Positions 9,476 through 17,758 of a stretch of 21,506 nt of DNA are shown here, piece by piece (within the stretch, counting starts at the first letter, position 1; the number at the start of each line of letters is the position of its first letter). The stretch comes from Abditibacteriaceae bacterium (GTDB lineage: Bacteria > Armatimonadota > Abditibacteriia > Abditibacteriales > Abditibacteriaceae), in assembly GCA_031372065.1 (NCBI GenBank), contig JANMKN010000330.1, forward strand, positions 1 through 21,506. The letters run 5' to 3'. The notes beneath the pieces were generated by a model that had not been told where the DNA came from, made no database searches, and saw only the letters and a list, made by a program, of their open reading frames with translations. Both the position numbers and the translations under genes were made by a program.

Positions 9476-10957
9476 ATGAAAGTTTTTTTAAAAAACAATT
9501 CAAAATTCTTTTGTGCCCTTCTGACCGCGCTTTTGCTCTGGATTCCGGTGCAAAAATGGGGCTTGTTTCCGCTTGCATGGATTGGCCTAACGCCGCTGTT
9601 TTGGGCAGCAAGCGATATGGATTCCAAAACGCGCCTGTGTTATGGTTGGCGCGCCGGTTTTTTGTTTTATGCACTAACAAACTGGTGGATTTTGCCAACG
9701 ATTATCTATGGCAGCCCGATGATCGGCGCGCCGCCTGCCCTTGGCGTTTTGCTCGGCGTCGTGGCCGTTTCGTTTATTGCCGCTGTTCACGGCTGGCAAT
9801 TCGCCCTTGCCTTGTGGCTGTGGGACACCAAAAAATGGGCGCGGCATTTGTGGCTTTTACCGATTGTCGTGGCGTTGTTTTGGGGCTTTTTCGACTATGT
9901 GCGTTGCATTCCCCCTTTAGCGCATATTTGGGGCGCGCTCGCTTTCACGCAATGGCGCAATATTTCTCTGTTACAAAGTGCACCTTACATCGGTCAGCAC
10001 GGAATTACGATTTTGCTGGTCTGGCTTGGTGCTAACCTGACTTTGTATGCAGTGCGTCGTCGTTTTGTTTTTCTGGCACCGCTTTTTATTTTTATTTTTG
10101 TGGCTTTGCATGGTTGGTTTTGCGAGAACTGGATTTCGGTAGATTATCCTTCTGCGCCACCGAATGTTTTGCTGGTTTCAACGAACGTGCCCAGTTTGAG
10201 CAAAACGCGAGCACAAGCGGGCGAATCGAACTTTCAGCAGGCATTACGCTTGACAAATAAGAATTTGTGGCAATTTCTTCCAGAGGATCGGCGATTCTCT
10301 CCGCAGGAAAGAACTATTGTTTGGCCGGAAACGACATTTGAAGTCTGGAAAGTTGATGACCATATCCGGCCTAATACCGCACAGATTCCCGAATGGAATC
10401 GCCTTCAAAAAATGCTCATTCCAAAAGGCAAAATGCAGTTTTTAAGCGGTATTGCTGTGCATGAATTGGACAATTTAGACGAAAAACTCTATAATTCCGC
10501 TGTTTTGCTGGGAAAAAATCCCAAAATGCAAATGGCGCCCAAAATTCGCACGGTGCCGATGGGCGAAAAAGCGCCATTTGGCGAGTATTTGCCGTTTCTG
10601 CGCCGCCTCGCGCCCGATCCTGAAGTCACGCCGGGCACGACGCCTAAACCTTTGAATTTACACGGCACGCCGATTGGCACGATTATTTGTTTCGAAAGTT
10701 GCTTTCCCGACCCGGCGCGCAGTTTGAAGGCACAAGGCGCCCAAGCGTTGTTTATCGTGACCAACGATGAATATTTCAAAGGCACCAACGCGCCGTGGGA
10801 ACACGCGACGATGGCGATTCTGCGCGCGGCGGAAAACCAAATTCCCGTCGCGCAAGTTGCGAACGGCGGTTACACTTTGCTGATAGATTCGCACGGGCGT
10901 CTATTGCATCAATCGTTTGGTGCAGAGGCTACACCAGTCAATATTCCGCTTCATTAA
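9476..10957 (+). CDS. lnt: Apolipoprotein N-acyltransferase
   Basis: Multiple TM helices, then a nitrilase domain with triad residues VWPET (Glu), PKIRTVPMGE (Lys), ICFES (Cys), plus TND and RAAEN. Start placed at ATG 9476, after the hairpin. Confidence 0.92.
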   Translation: MKVFLKNNSKFFCALLTALLLWIPVQKWGLFPLAWIGLTPLFWAASDMDSKTRLCYGWRAGFLFYALTNWWILPTIIYGSPMIGAPPALGVLLGVVAVSFIAAVHGWQFALALWLWDTKKWARHLWLLPIVVALFWGFFDYVRCIPPLAHIWGALAFTQWRNISLLQSAPYIGQHGITILLVWLGANLTLYAVRRRFVFLAPLFIFIFVALHGWFCENWISVDYPSAPPNVLLVSTNVPSLSKTRAQAGESNFQQALRLTNKNLWQFLPEDRRFSPQERTIVWPETTFEVWKVDDHIRPNTAQIPEWNRLQKMLIPKGKMQFLSGIAVHELDNLDEKLYNSAVLLGKNPKMQMAPKIRTVPMGEKAPFGEYLPFLRRLAPDPEVTPGTTPKPLNLHGTPIGTIICFESCFPDPARSLKAQGAQALFIVTNDEYFKGTNAPWEHATMAILRAAENQIPVAQVANGGYTLLIDSHGRLLHQSFGAEATPVNIPLH

Positions 10958-10960
10958 TTC

Positions 10961-11503
10961 ATGGAAACCATTTGGGCGCCGTGGCGCGTGGGCTACATTT
11001 TGGGCGATACGCCACCGCCGGGCGCCACAGGTTGCATTTTCTGCGACAAACCTGGCGCGGGCGATGACGAAACGCACTTAATCGTGGCGCGGGCGCGGCA
11101 TTGTTTTGTGCTGCTGAATCTGTATCCGTATAACAATGGGCATTTGATGGTGGCGCCTTATCGTCATGTCGCACGTTTGGAAGATTTGCCCGATGAGGAA
11201 ATTGCGGAACTGATGCAAGTCGCGGCGCGCATAGAGCCGGTTTTGCGCAAAACGATGAATCCTGATGGTTTTAATATCGGCATGAATGTCGGACGCGTGG
11301 CTGGTGCGGGCATTGACGCACATTTGCATTTGCATATTGTGCCGCGCTGGGGCGGCGACACGAACTTCATGCCGGTTTTGGGCGATACTAAGGTCATTCC
11401 GCAATCGCTTTTGGCCGTGCGCGACTTATTATGCGGCCCCGTTCAAGACGCATTGAACAGCATGATGCAAGTGGGCAACCAGCCCTTAGACGAAGCGGTC
11501 TAA
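10961..11503 (+). CDS. HIT family protein (Ap4A phosphorylase/hydrolase-like)
   Basis: WAPWR, CIFC, NLYPYNNGHLMV, GFNIGMNVG..AGAG, HLHLHIVPRW.GDTNFMP. Confidence 0.93.
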   Translation: METIWAPWRVGYILGDTPPPGATGCIFCDKPGAGDDETHLIVARARHCFVLLNLYPYNNGHLMVAPYRHVARLEDLPDEEIAELMQVAARIEPVLRKTMNPDGFNIGMNVGRVAGAGIDAHLHLHIVPRWGGDTNFMPVLGDTKVIPQSLLAVRDLLCGPVQDALNSMMQVGNQPLDEAV

Positions 11504-11551
11504 CAGTTTAAAAGGCGCTTGACGGCGCCATTTCGCAGTTTGAGGTTTCTT

Positions 11552-13249
11552 ATGACAAAGCGAAAATTCATTCAAGGTTTGATGGGTGCCGGTTTGCTGA
11601 TGGGCACCGGCATTGCCTACGCGCAGGAACCGAAAATCACGTTTCCAGCCGAAGGTCAAGACGTGCGCGGCGAAATCATCATCACTTGGGAAGGTGTTCC
11701 CGAAGGTGGTTACGCGATGGTCTTTGTCAACGGCCAATTGCGCACGGCGACGGCGGAAACAAGCCTGACGCTAAACACCCTGCCGCCCAACTTCCCCACC
11801 GATGGCCCGCTAACAATCACATTGCGTGGCATCAATGCCGGCGGGCGGCGCACAGGTGAAACCAAAGTCACCTTTAACATTGCCAATAACAAAGTTGACC
11901 CCGATGCCGAAGAAGTGCAGCTTTTGGTTTGGAAACCCGAAGATCGCTTGCTGGATGTGCAGCGTTATCGCATTTTCGCGGAAAGCAACGGCAATGTTTC
12001 CGGCGGAAGTGCGGCGGGAGGTGGCGCCAGCGGTGGCAGCGGCGGAGCCAGTGGCGGCGGTGCAAGCGGTGGCGGCGGCGATGCGGAATGGATTCCTGCA
12101 CCTTTAGATTGGCAAATGACGGCGCTTTTGCGTCGCGTCGTGCGTGATGTGGGCATGATTGATGGCTCGGCCAACATCCGCACCGTAGTAGACCATGCGT
12201 TTCAGCGTCAGCGCCAAAGCGAATATGGCGCGGGCGGAGCCGGTGGAGAAAGCGGCGGCGGCGCATCAACCAAGAAGAAAAGCGCTAAGGCTCCGGCCTT
12301 TCCCACCAAAGCGCCGTGGCATTACGACGAAGATAGTCCTTTGAAATTGCCCTTGTGGGAACAAGCGCCAGAAACCGGCACCTACTTCGTGAAAATGGTG
12401 CATCAAACCGGCGATGAAATCAACGCCACGCGGAAACCAACCACCATTGCGATTGCCGATTTGCTGCCCACCTTTCCCAAAGGCCCGGTAAAACCCGGCA
12501 TCACTTGGACGACGACGATGACGTTTCTCAGCGATTTATCCAACCGCAAACCAATTAACGTCGAGTGGAGGATGCTTTTTACGACGTTTGAAAACATCAA
12601 AACGCCTGCCCAGCGTGAAATTCGCGCCGCTAAATTGGAATCTCGCTTCCAAATGCCGAATAAACAAGCAATGGACATCGCTTTGTCGTTGGCGGCCATG
12701 GCGGGAACTGGTGCCGCTGGCGGTGGTGGCGGCGAAAGTGGCGCCCCTACTGGCGGTGGAACTAACGGAGGCAGCGGCAGAACTCAGGGGGGCGGTGGTG
12801 CAGGCGGAGCCGCTACTGCCAGCGCTGCGACGGAAATTGATCCCGATACCATCAAGAATGCCCGCACTAATGTGGCGCGCGTATTGTGGTTCGATATTGA
12901 AAACCGTCGCGTGCTACGCTGTGAAGATCGCCTCAATACTTACTTTGAAATGGAAAGTCAGGGCGGCGGCACTGAAGGTGGCGCCTCTGGCGGCTCATCG
13001 TCTGGCGGCTCAGGTGAAGGCGGCGCACAGGCAGCCGAACCAACCAGAGTCAGTTATTCGCTGTTCGTTTCAACAATGTTGGACGACACAATTCCAGAGC
13101 CATCCACACTCTTTGATCGTCAACGAGTTATCCCGACGGGCCATGTTGATGCCTCGCGGAATCCTGATGATCCCACTAAGCCCAACAACCGTGATCGCAC
13201 TTTAGTGCGCGACCCTTCGATGGACAAATCTCTGCTTCCGCCCCGATAG
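11552..13249 (+). CDS. Exported hypothetical protein with Ig-like N-terminal domain and Gly/Ser-rich inserts
   Basis: GAGG RBS before ATG 11552; signal peptide MTKRKFIQGLMGAGLLMGTGIAYA. KITFPAEGQDVRG...VFVNG...LN...DG..TITLRGIN looks Ig-like. Four Gly-rich low-complexity tracts. Confidence 0.8.
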   Translation: MTKRKFIQGLMGAGLLMGTGIAYAQEPKITFPAEGQDVRGEIIITWEGVPEGGYAMVFVNGQLRTATAETSLTLNTLPPNFPTDGPLTITLRGINAGGRRTGETKVTFNIANNKVDPDAEEVQLLVWKPEDRLLDVQRYRIFAESNGNVSGGSAAGGGASGGSGGASGGGASGGGGDAEWIPAPLDWQMTALLRRVVRDVGMIDGSANIRTVVDHAFQRQRQSEYGAGGAGGESGGGASTKKKSAKAPAFPTKAPWHYDEDSPLKLPLWEQAPETGTYFVKMVHQTGDEINATRKPTTIAIADLLPTFPKGPVKPGITWTTTMTFLSDLSNRKPINVEWRMLFTTFENIKTPAQREIRAAKLESRFQMPNKQAMDIALSLAAMAGTGAAGGGGGESGAPTGGGTNGGSGRTQGGGGAGGAATASAATEIDPDTIKNARTNVARVLWFDIENRRVLRCEDRLNTYFEMESQGGGTEGGASGGSSSGGSGEGGAQAAEPTRVSYSLFVSTMLDDTIPEPSTLFDRQRVIPTGHVDASRNPDDPTKPNNRDRTLVRDPSMDKSLLPPR

Positions 13250-13259
13250 CGCCCTGCCA

Positions 13260-13306
13260 AAAAATCAAAGCCCCACATTTTAGTAAAATGTGGGGCTTTG
13301 ATTTTT
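13260..13306. terminator. Bidirectional intrinsic terminator
   Basis: AAAAATCAAAGCCCCACATTTTA-G-TAAAATGTGGGGCTTTGATTTTT between convergent genes. Confidence 0.9.
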
Positions 13307-13318
13307 CTATGAGCAAAT

Positions 13319-14239
13319 CTATGCCTCAAGCCGTTTTGCAATAATTTCTTCGCACGCCGCGCGCCAATCGGGAAAGCGAAATTCAAAACCGGAATTTAAT
13401 AATTTGCCCGGCACGACGCGGCGACTTTTCAAGAGGAGTTCGGTTTCGGTGCCCATGAAAAACGTGCCGATAGTGAGCATCCACGCTGTCGCGGGCAAGC
13501 CAAGAGGCGCTTTCACAGTTTCTCGCAAGATTTTCATAAATTCGCGATTGGGAATCGGGTTTGGCGCAGCGCAGTTGATCGCACCATCAAGACTTTCGTG
13601 CTGCAAAATCCATCTGAGAGAGCGGGCAAAATCGGTGGCATGAATCCAACTGACGAACTGATTGCCCTTGCCTAAAGTGCCGCCCAAACCGCGCCGCGCG
13701 ATACTTTCAAAGGCGTCCATGACGCCGCCTTTTTGCGAGCCGAAAACCATTGCCGTGCGAAGCGCGATTTTGCGGGTGTTTGGCGTGTTCGGTGCCTCTA
13801 AAACCGCTTCCCATTTCTGGCACACATCAACCGAAAAACCGTGCCCTATTTCGCCCGTTGCTTCATCCATCGCGCGATCTTCGGCGTGGCGATAAATCGT
13901 CGCCGAACTTGAATTTATCCAAACACGCGGCGCCTTTTGGCATTGCGAAATGACTTCGCCGATGATTTTTGTAGATTTCAAGCGCGAATTGTAAATTTCG
14001 CGCTTATTTGCTGCGTTGTAACGGCAATTGACCGAGCGACCGGCTAAATTGATAATTGCATCGGCGCCATCCAATTCCCGCGCCCAATCACCCGAAGTTT
14101 CGCCATCCCATCGCACCAAACGCGCGCCTTCAGGCGCCGATTGACCGCGCGACAAAACCACGATTTCATGCTCTGGCGCGAAATAATCGGTGATAACACG
14201 CCCTAAAAAACCTGCGCCGCCGGGCAAAATGAGTTTCAT
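13319..14239 (-). CDS. TIGR01777 family NAD-dependent epimerase/oxidoreductase (YfcH/SDR39U1-like)
   Basis: GGAGFLG, INLAGRSV, SRLKST, VCQKWE, GLGGTLGKGNQFVSWIH, C-terminal SRRVVPGKLLNSGFEFRFP (DUF1731-like). Confidence 0.93.
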   Translation of the reverse strand: MKLILPGGAGFLGRVITDYFAPEHEIVVLSRGQSAPEGARLVRWDGETSGDWARELDGADAIINLAGRSVNCRYNAANKREIYNSRLKSTKIIGEVISQCQKAPRVWINSSSATIYRHAEDRAMDEATGEIGHGFSVDVCQKWEAVLEAPNTPNTRKIALRTAMVFGSQKGGVMDAFESIARRGLGGTLGKGNQFVSWIHATDFARSLRWILQHESLDGAINCAAPNPIPNREFMKILRETVKAPLGLPATAWMLTIGTFFMGTETELLLKSRRVVPGKLLNSGFEFRFPDWRAACEEIIAKRLEA

Positions 14240-14266
14240 AAGAAAAATGACAGAAATTAACTTTGG

Positions 14267-15127
14267 TTAATTTCCCGCTAAAACATCGTTCATTTTGCCG
14301 CGCCGATAGCCTTCGAGGTCAAGGAGAACTTTGTTGTAACCGATTTCGCGCAGAGTTTGGGCGATGTTTTGATAATTCTCGAAAATAAGCGGCATTTCGG
14401 CTGGTTCGATTTCGAGGCGCGCGGTGGGTTTTTCGTTTTCAACGTAGTGGCGCACGCGCAATTGTTTGAGGCCCAGACCGCGCAAATGCGCTTCGGCGCG
14501 GCCAATTAAACGCAGCGCTTCGGCAGTAACGGGCGTGCCATAGGGAATGCGCGATGATAAACACGGCATGGCCGGTTTATCCCATGTGGGAAGGCCGATT
14601 TCGCGGCTGAGAGCGCGAATTTCGGCTTTGGCGAGGCCGACTTCACGCAACGGTGAGCGAATGGCGCGTTCGCTTCCGGCCTGAGCGCCGGGACGCCATT
14701 CTTGCATATCGTCTATATTGGTGCCGTCGCAAACCGCGTCGTAGCCATCAATTCGTGACAAACGATTCAAGACATCAAACAATTCGCTTTTGCAAAAATA
14801 GCAACGGTTGGTCGGATTGGAAGCGTAATTCGGGTCTTCGATTTCGTGCGTTGCGACTTGGCGCACCGGCAGGCCAAATTGTGCGGCCAATTGCATCGCT
14901 TCGTCGTGTTCTTCGGGCATCAGCGACGGAGAAATGCCGATAATGCCCTGCGCGCGGGCGCCGATTTCATCGTGCGCGATTTTGAGTAAGTAAGTCGAAT
15001 CCACGCCGCCCGAATAAGCGATGATGACGCATTCAAAGCCGCGCAGAATTTCACGCAGCGCGCTTTCTTTGGCGCGTGTTTCGTCGCTGATTCGCGTGGG
15101 TAGGGAGAGAGATATATTTTGTAGCAT
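14267..15127 (-). CDS. larE: ATP-dependent sulfur transferase LarE (TIGR00268, PP-loop)
   Basis: AYSGGVDS PP-loop, NRCYFCK, DGTNIDD...RPG, WDKPAMPCLSSRIPYG, RVRH, GYRRGKMN. Confidence 0.92.
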   Translation of the reverse strand: MLQNISLSLPTRISDETRAKESALREILRGFECVIIAYSGGVDSTYLLKIAHDEIGARAQGIIGISPSLMPEEHDEAMQLAAQFGLPVRQVATHEIEDPNYASNPTNRCYFCKSELFDVLNRLSRIDGYDAVCDGTNIDDMQEWRPGAQAGSERAIRSPLREVGLAKAEIRALSREIGLPTWDKPAMPCLSSRIPYGTPVTAEALRLIGRAEAHLRGLGLKQLRVRHYVENEKPTARLEIEPAEMPLIFENYQNIAQTLREIGYNKVLLDLEGYRRGKMNDVLAGN

Positions 15128-15216
15128 CTGCTAAAGTATAGTCGGCTCGTCGTCAAGATTTGTCAATGGACGAAAAGGGGCGAACCAGACTACGCTCAAA
15201 TTTGTCCAAAATTCCA

Positions 15217-15810
15217 ATGTCGAAATTAGTAACAGTTTTTTTGCTTGCAGCAAGCATGGGGATTGCCAACGCGATTGCCGCGCCGCGAGGCCCGAAGTCG
15301 CTACCTAACCCGGCAGCGCCCGACGTTACAGGTTTGGCGCGTCACCCTTTAACCGAGGCTCGCAAAGCCAAAAAGCGCGGCGTTGTTTTCTTTTTTGTCA
15401 CTACCGATTGCCCGATTGCCAACCGTTTCGCGCCGGAAATTAACCGCATTTGCAAAGATTATGAAAAACGCAACGTGGCGTTTTATATTGTGCAAACCGA
15501 TGCCGCTTTAAAAGCTGCCAAAGCGCAAGAACACGCCAAGGACTATAAATTCACCTGTCCAGTTTTGTTAGATCGCCAACATGAAATCGTGAAATTCTGC
15601 GGTGCTTCTGTCACGCCCGAATGCACTTTGCTTGCGCCGGATGGCAAAGTGCTTTATCGGGGCCGTATTGATGATCGCTACGCTGCGCTCGGACAATTTC
15701 GCGTGGAACCAAAGCAACGCGATTTGCGCCTTGCGTTAGACGACTTTTTGGAAGGAAAACCCGTTGCCAACGCGCGCACCAAAGCGATTGGCTGCTACAT
15801 TGAAGGATAA
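15217..15810 (+). CDS. Exported redoxin (AhpC/TSA-like thioredoxin fold) protein
   Basis: Signal peptide from ATG 15217 (start uncertain); FFFVTTDCPIANR, PVLLD, GASVTPE, YRGRIDD, TKAIGCYI. Confidence 0.85.
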   Translation: MSKLVTVFLLAASMGIANAIAAPRGPKSLPNPAAPDVTGLARHPLTEARKAKKRGVVFFFVTTDCPIANRFAPEINRICKDYEKRNVAFYIVQTDAALKAAKAQEHAKDYKFTCPVLLDRQHEIVKFCGASVTPECTLLAPDGKVLYRGRIDDRYAALGQFRVEPKQRDLRLALDDFLEGKPVANARTKAIGCYIEG

Positions 15811-15820
15811 ACAGAAAAAC

Positions 15821-17302
15821 ATGAAAAAATGGCCTTTTCTCATCGCCGCGCCGGTTTTCTATGCCTTGGCAAACGGCATCGTGCCGCAAAACAAGCCGCA
15901 GTTTGTGCCTGCCGCGCACGCAGACGCGCCGCCGACTTACGCTAAGGACATCGCGCCGATTTTATTTCAAAACTGCGCGGAATGTCATCGTCCCGGCGAA
16001 GTGGCGCCCTTTTCCTTGCTAAGTTACGAGGATGCCAAAAAGCGCGCCCGCCTGATGGCCGATGCCACCGAGCAGAAACTCATGCCGCCGTGGCACGCCG
16101 ATGAAGGCGCCGAAAAGTTTCGCGACGCGCATTTGCTGACCGCCGAACAAATCGCGCTTTTCCGCAAATGGGCCGAAGCCGGCGCGCCGCAAGGCGACCC
16201 CAAAGAAACGCCGCCTCTGCCCAAATTTACCGAAGGCTGGCGCGCTGGCGAACCCGATTTTATCGCCGATCCGGGCGAAGATTACAAACTTGAGGCCGAA
16301 GGCCGCGATGTTTATCGCTGTTTCGTGGTGAAGACTAATTTCGACGAAGACCGCTACGTTTCGGCTATCGAAGTGCGTCCCGGCAATCGCAAAGTGGTGC
16401 ATCATCTGATTGCCTATTTGGATACTTCGGGCCGCGCGCAGGAATTGGATGCCAAAGACCCCGGCCCCGGCTACACCTCGTTTGGCGGGCCGGGTTTCAC
16501 ACCCAACGGCGCCTTAGGCGGCTGGGCGCCGGGCAATGAAGCCTATCCGACAGCCGCCGGTGTTGGTTGGCTGCTGCCCAAAGGCGCTTCGATCATTTTG
16601 CAGGTGCATTATCACAAATCGGGCAAGCCCGAAACCGACCGCACCCGCATGGGCTTACATTTTGTGCAAGGCCCGGTGGATAAGCGCGTGCGCTGGCTGA
16701 CCGTGGTCAATCCGCTATTTCGCCTAACGCCCGGCGAAACCAAACAAACTGTGCGCGCCGTGCAAATGGTGCCCGTAGACAGCACGGTTTACGCCGTGAT
16801 GCCACATATGCATTTGCTGGGCAAAACCGCCGACGTCACTGCGACTTTGCCCGATGGCACTCAGAAAAAATTAGTGGGCGTGCCGGGTTGGGATTTTAAC
16901 TGGCAGCAAACCTATGCTTTCAACGAACCTGTAAAATTACCTGCCGGAACGCGCATTGATTTGGTGGCGACTTACGACAATTCTGCCGAGAATCCGCGTA
17001 ATCCGTCCACGCCGCCGCGTCCGGTGACGTGGGGAGAACAAACCACCGACGAAATGTGCCTCGCCTTTTTGATTTACACGCCGGATGGCGAACAATTAAC
17101 GCAAGGCAAAAGCGTGGGCCGCTTGCCCGGCGATTTCGGCGGCGGACGCGGTGGCGGCGGTGATGGCGAGCAACTCGGTGCCTTCTTGAAGCAAATGCTC
17201 AAGCAGTTCGACAAAGACGGCGACGGCAAACTCAGCCCCGAAGAACGTCAGGAAGCGTGGAAATACGCCCAACAAATCGTAGGCGGCGCCAAAGAGAATT
17301 GA
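15821..17302 (+). CDS. Cytochrome c / copper type II ascorbate-dependent monooxygenase (PHM/DBH-like) fusion with C-terminal EF-hand
   Basis: Signal peptide from ATG 15821; heme motif CAECH with MPPW; copper ligand motifs VVHH, QVHYH, PHMH, DEMC; EF-hand DKDGDGKLSPEE. Confidence 0.88.
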   Translation: MKKWPFLIAAPVFYALANGIVPQNKPQFVPAAHADAPPTYAKDIAPILFQNCAECHRPGEVAPFSLLSYEDAKKRARLMADATEQKLMPPWHADEGAEKFRDAHLLTAEQIALFRKWAEAGAPQGDPKETPPLPKFTEGWRAGEPDFIADPGEDYKLEAEGRDVYRCFVVKTNFDEDRYVSAIEVRPGNRKVVHHLIAYLDTSGRAQELDAKDPGPGYTSFGGPGFTPNGALGGWAPGNEAYPTAAGVGWLLPKGASIILQVHYHKSGKPETDRTRMGLHFVQGPVDKRVRWLTVVNPLFRLTPGETKQTVRAVQMVPVDSTVYAVMPHMHLLGKTADVTATLPDGTQKKLVGVPGWDFNWQQTYAFNEPVKLPAGTRIDLVATYDNSAENPRNPSTPPRPVTWGEQTTDEMCLAFLIYTPDGEQLTQGKSVGRLPGDFGGGRGGGGDGEQLGAFLKQMLKQFDKDGDGKLSPEERQEAWKYAQQIVGGAKEN

Positions 17303-17324
17303 TTTGCGGCGCACAATCGCCCAA

Positions 17325-17362
17325 CAAAAGAGCCGCTTGCCAAATGGCAAGCGGCTCTTTTG
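17325..17362 (+). terminator. Intrinsic terminator
   Basis: CAAAAGAGCCGCTTGCCA-AA-TGGCAAGCGGCTCTTTTG perfect inverted repeat. Confidence 0.88.
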
Positions 17363-17377
17363 CGATGGTTTTCATCT

Positions 17378-17625
17378 GCGGTCTTCGGCACCAATCACGT
17401 TAAAATTGTCAAAGGTGCCATCGTGGGCGCCAAAAGCGGCGTGATGGACGATAGCCCGACGGTGAATTCGTGGCCGGAACGCCTGCCTTACCGGGCCGCC
17501 AACGCATGAAACTCGAAGATGCCTTTCGCAAAATGCCCGACACCGCCAGATCGGTGCGCGACTTGGAAAAACAAGTCAAGGCGCTGCAAGCACAAATCGA
17601 CGAATTGTCCAAGCGGCTTTCGTGA
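17378..17625 (+). pseudogene. lpxD: C-terminal remnant of UDP-3-O-acyl-glucosamine N-acyltransferase with a frameshift
   Basis: NHVKIVKGAIVGAKSGVMDD (to 17452), then a 1-nt frame change at about 17453-17454. It continues PDGEFVAGTPALPGRQRMKLEDAFRKMPDTARSVRDLEKQVKALQAQIDELSKRLS* (TGA 17623-17625), i.e. the last hexapeptide coils plus the LpxD C-terminal helix. No N-terminus. Confidence 0.78.
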
Positions 17626-17629
17626 ATAA

Positions 17630-17678
17630 GCAAAACAAAAAGGGCGCGGCCAAATTTGGCCGCGCCCTTTTGTTTTGC
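17630..17678. terminator. Bidirectional intrinsic terminator
   Basis: GCAAAACAAAAAGGGCGCGGCCAAA/TTTGGCCGCGCCCTTTTGTTTTGC inverted repeat. Confidence 0.88.
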
Positions 17679-17758
17679 AACAGTTTTTGCGTTCGTTTAG
17701 GTTAGACACGTTACTATTCCATCGAAAACCTCCTTATTTAAAGAGATAAAGCCAATTA

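Noticed and set aside
12000..13030. Gly-rich GGC tracts as a DNA repeat element
   Set aside because: Codon-variable low-complexity protein linkers, not nucleotide tandem repeats.
17409..17709. Minus-strand ORFs 17409-17633 and 17488-17709
   Set aside because: Antisense shadows of the lpxD remnant and its terminator.
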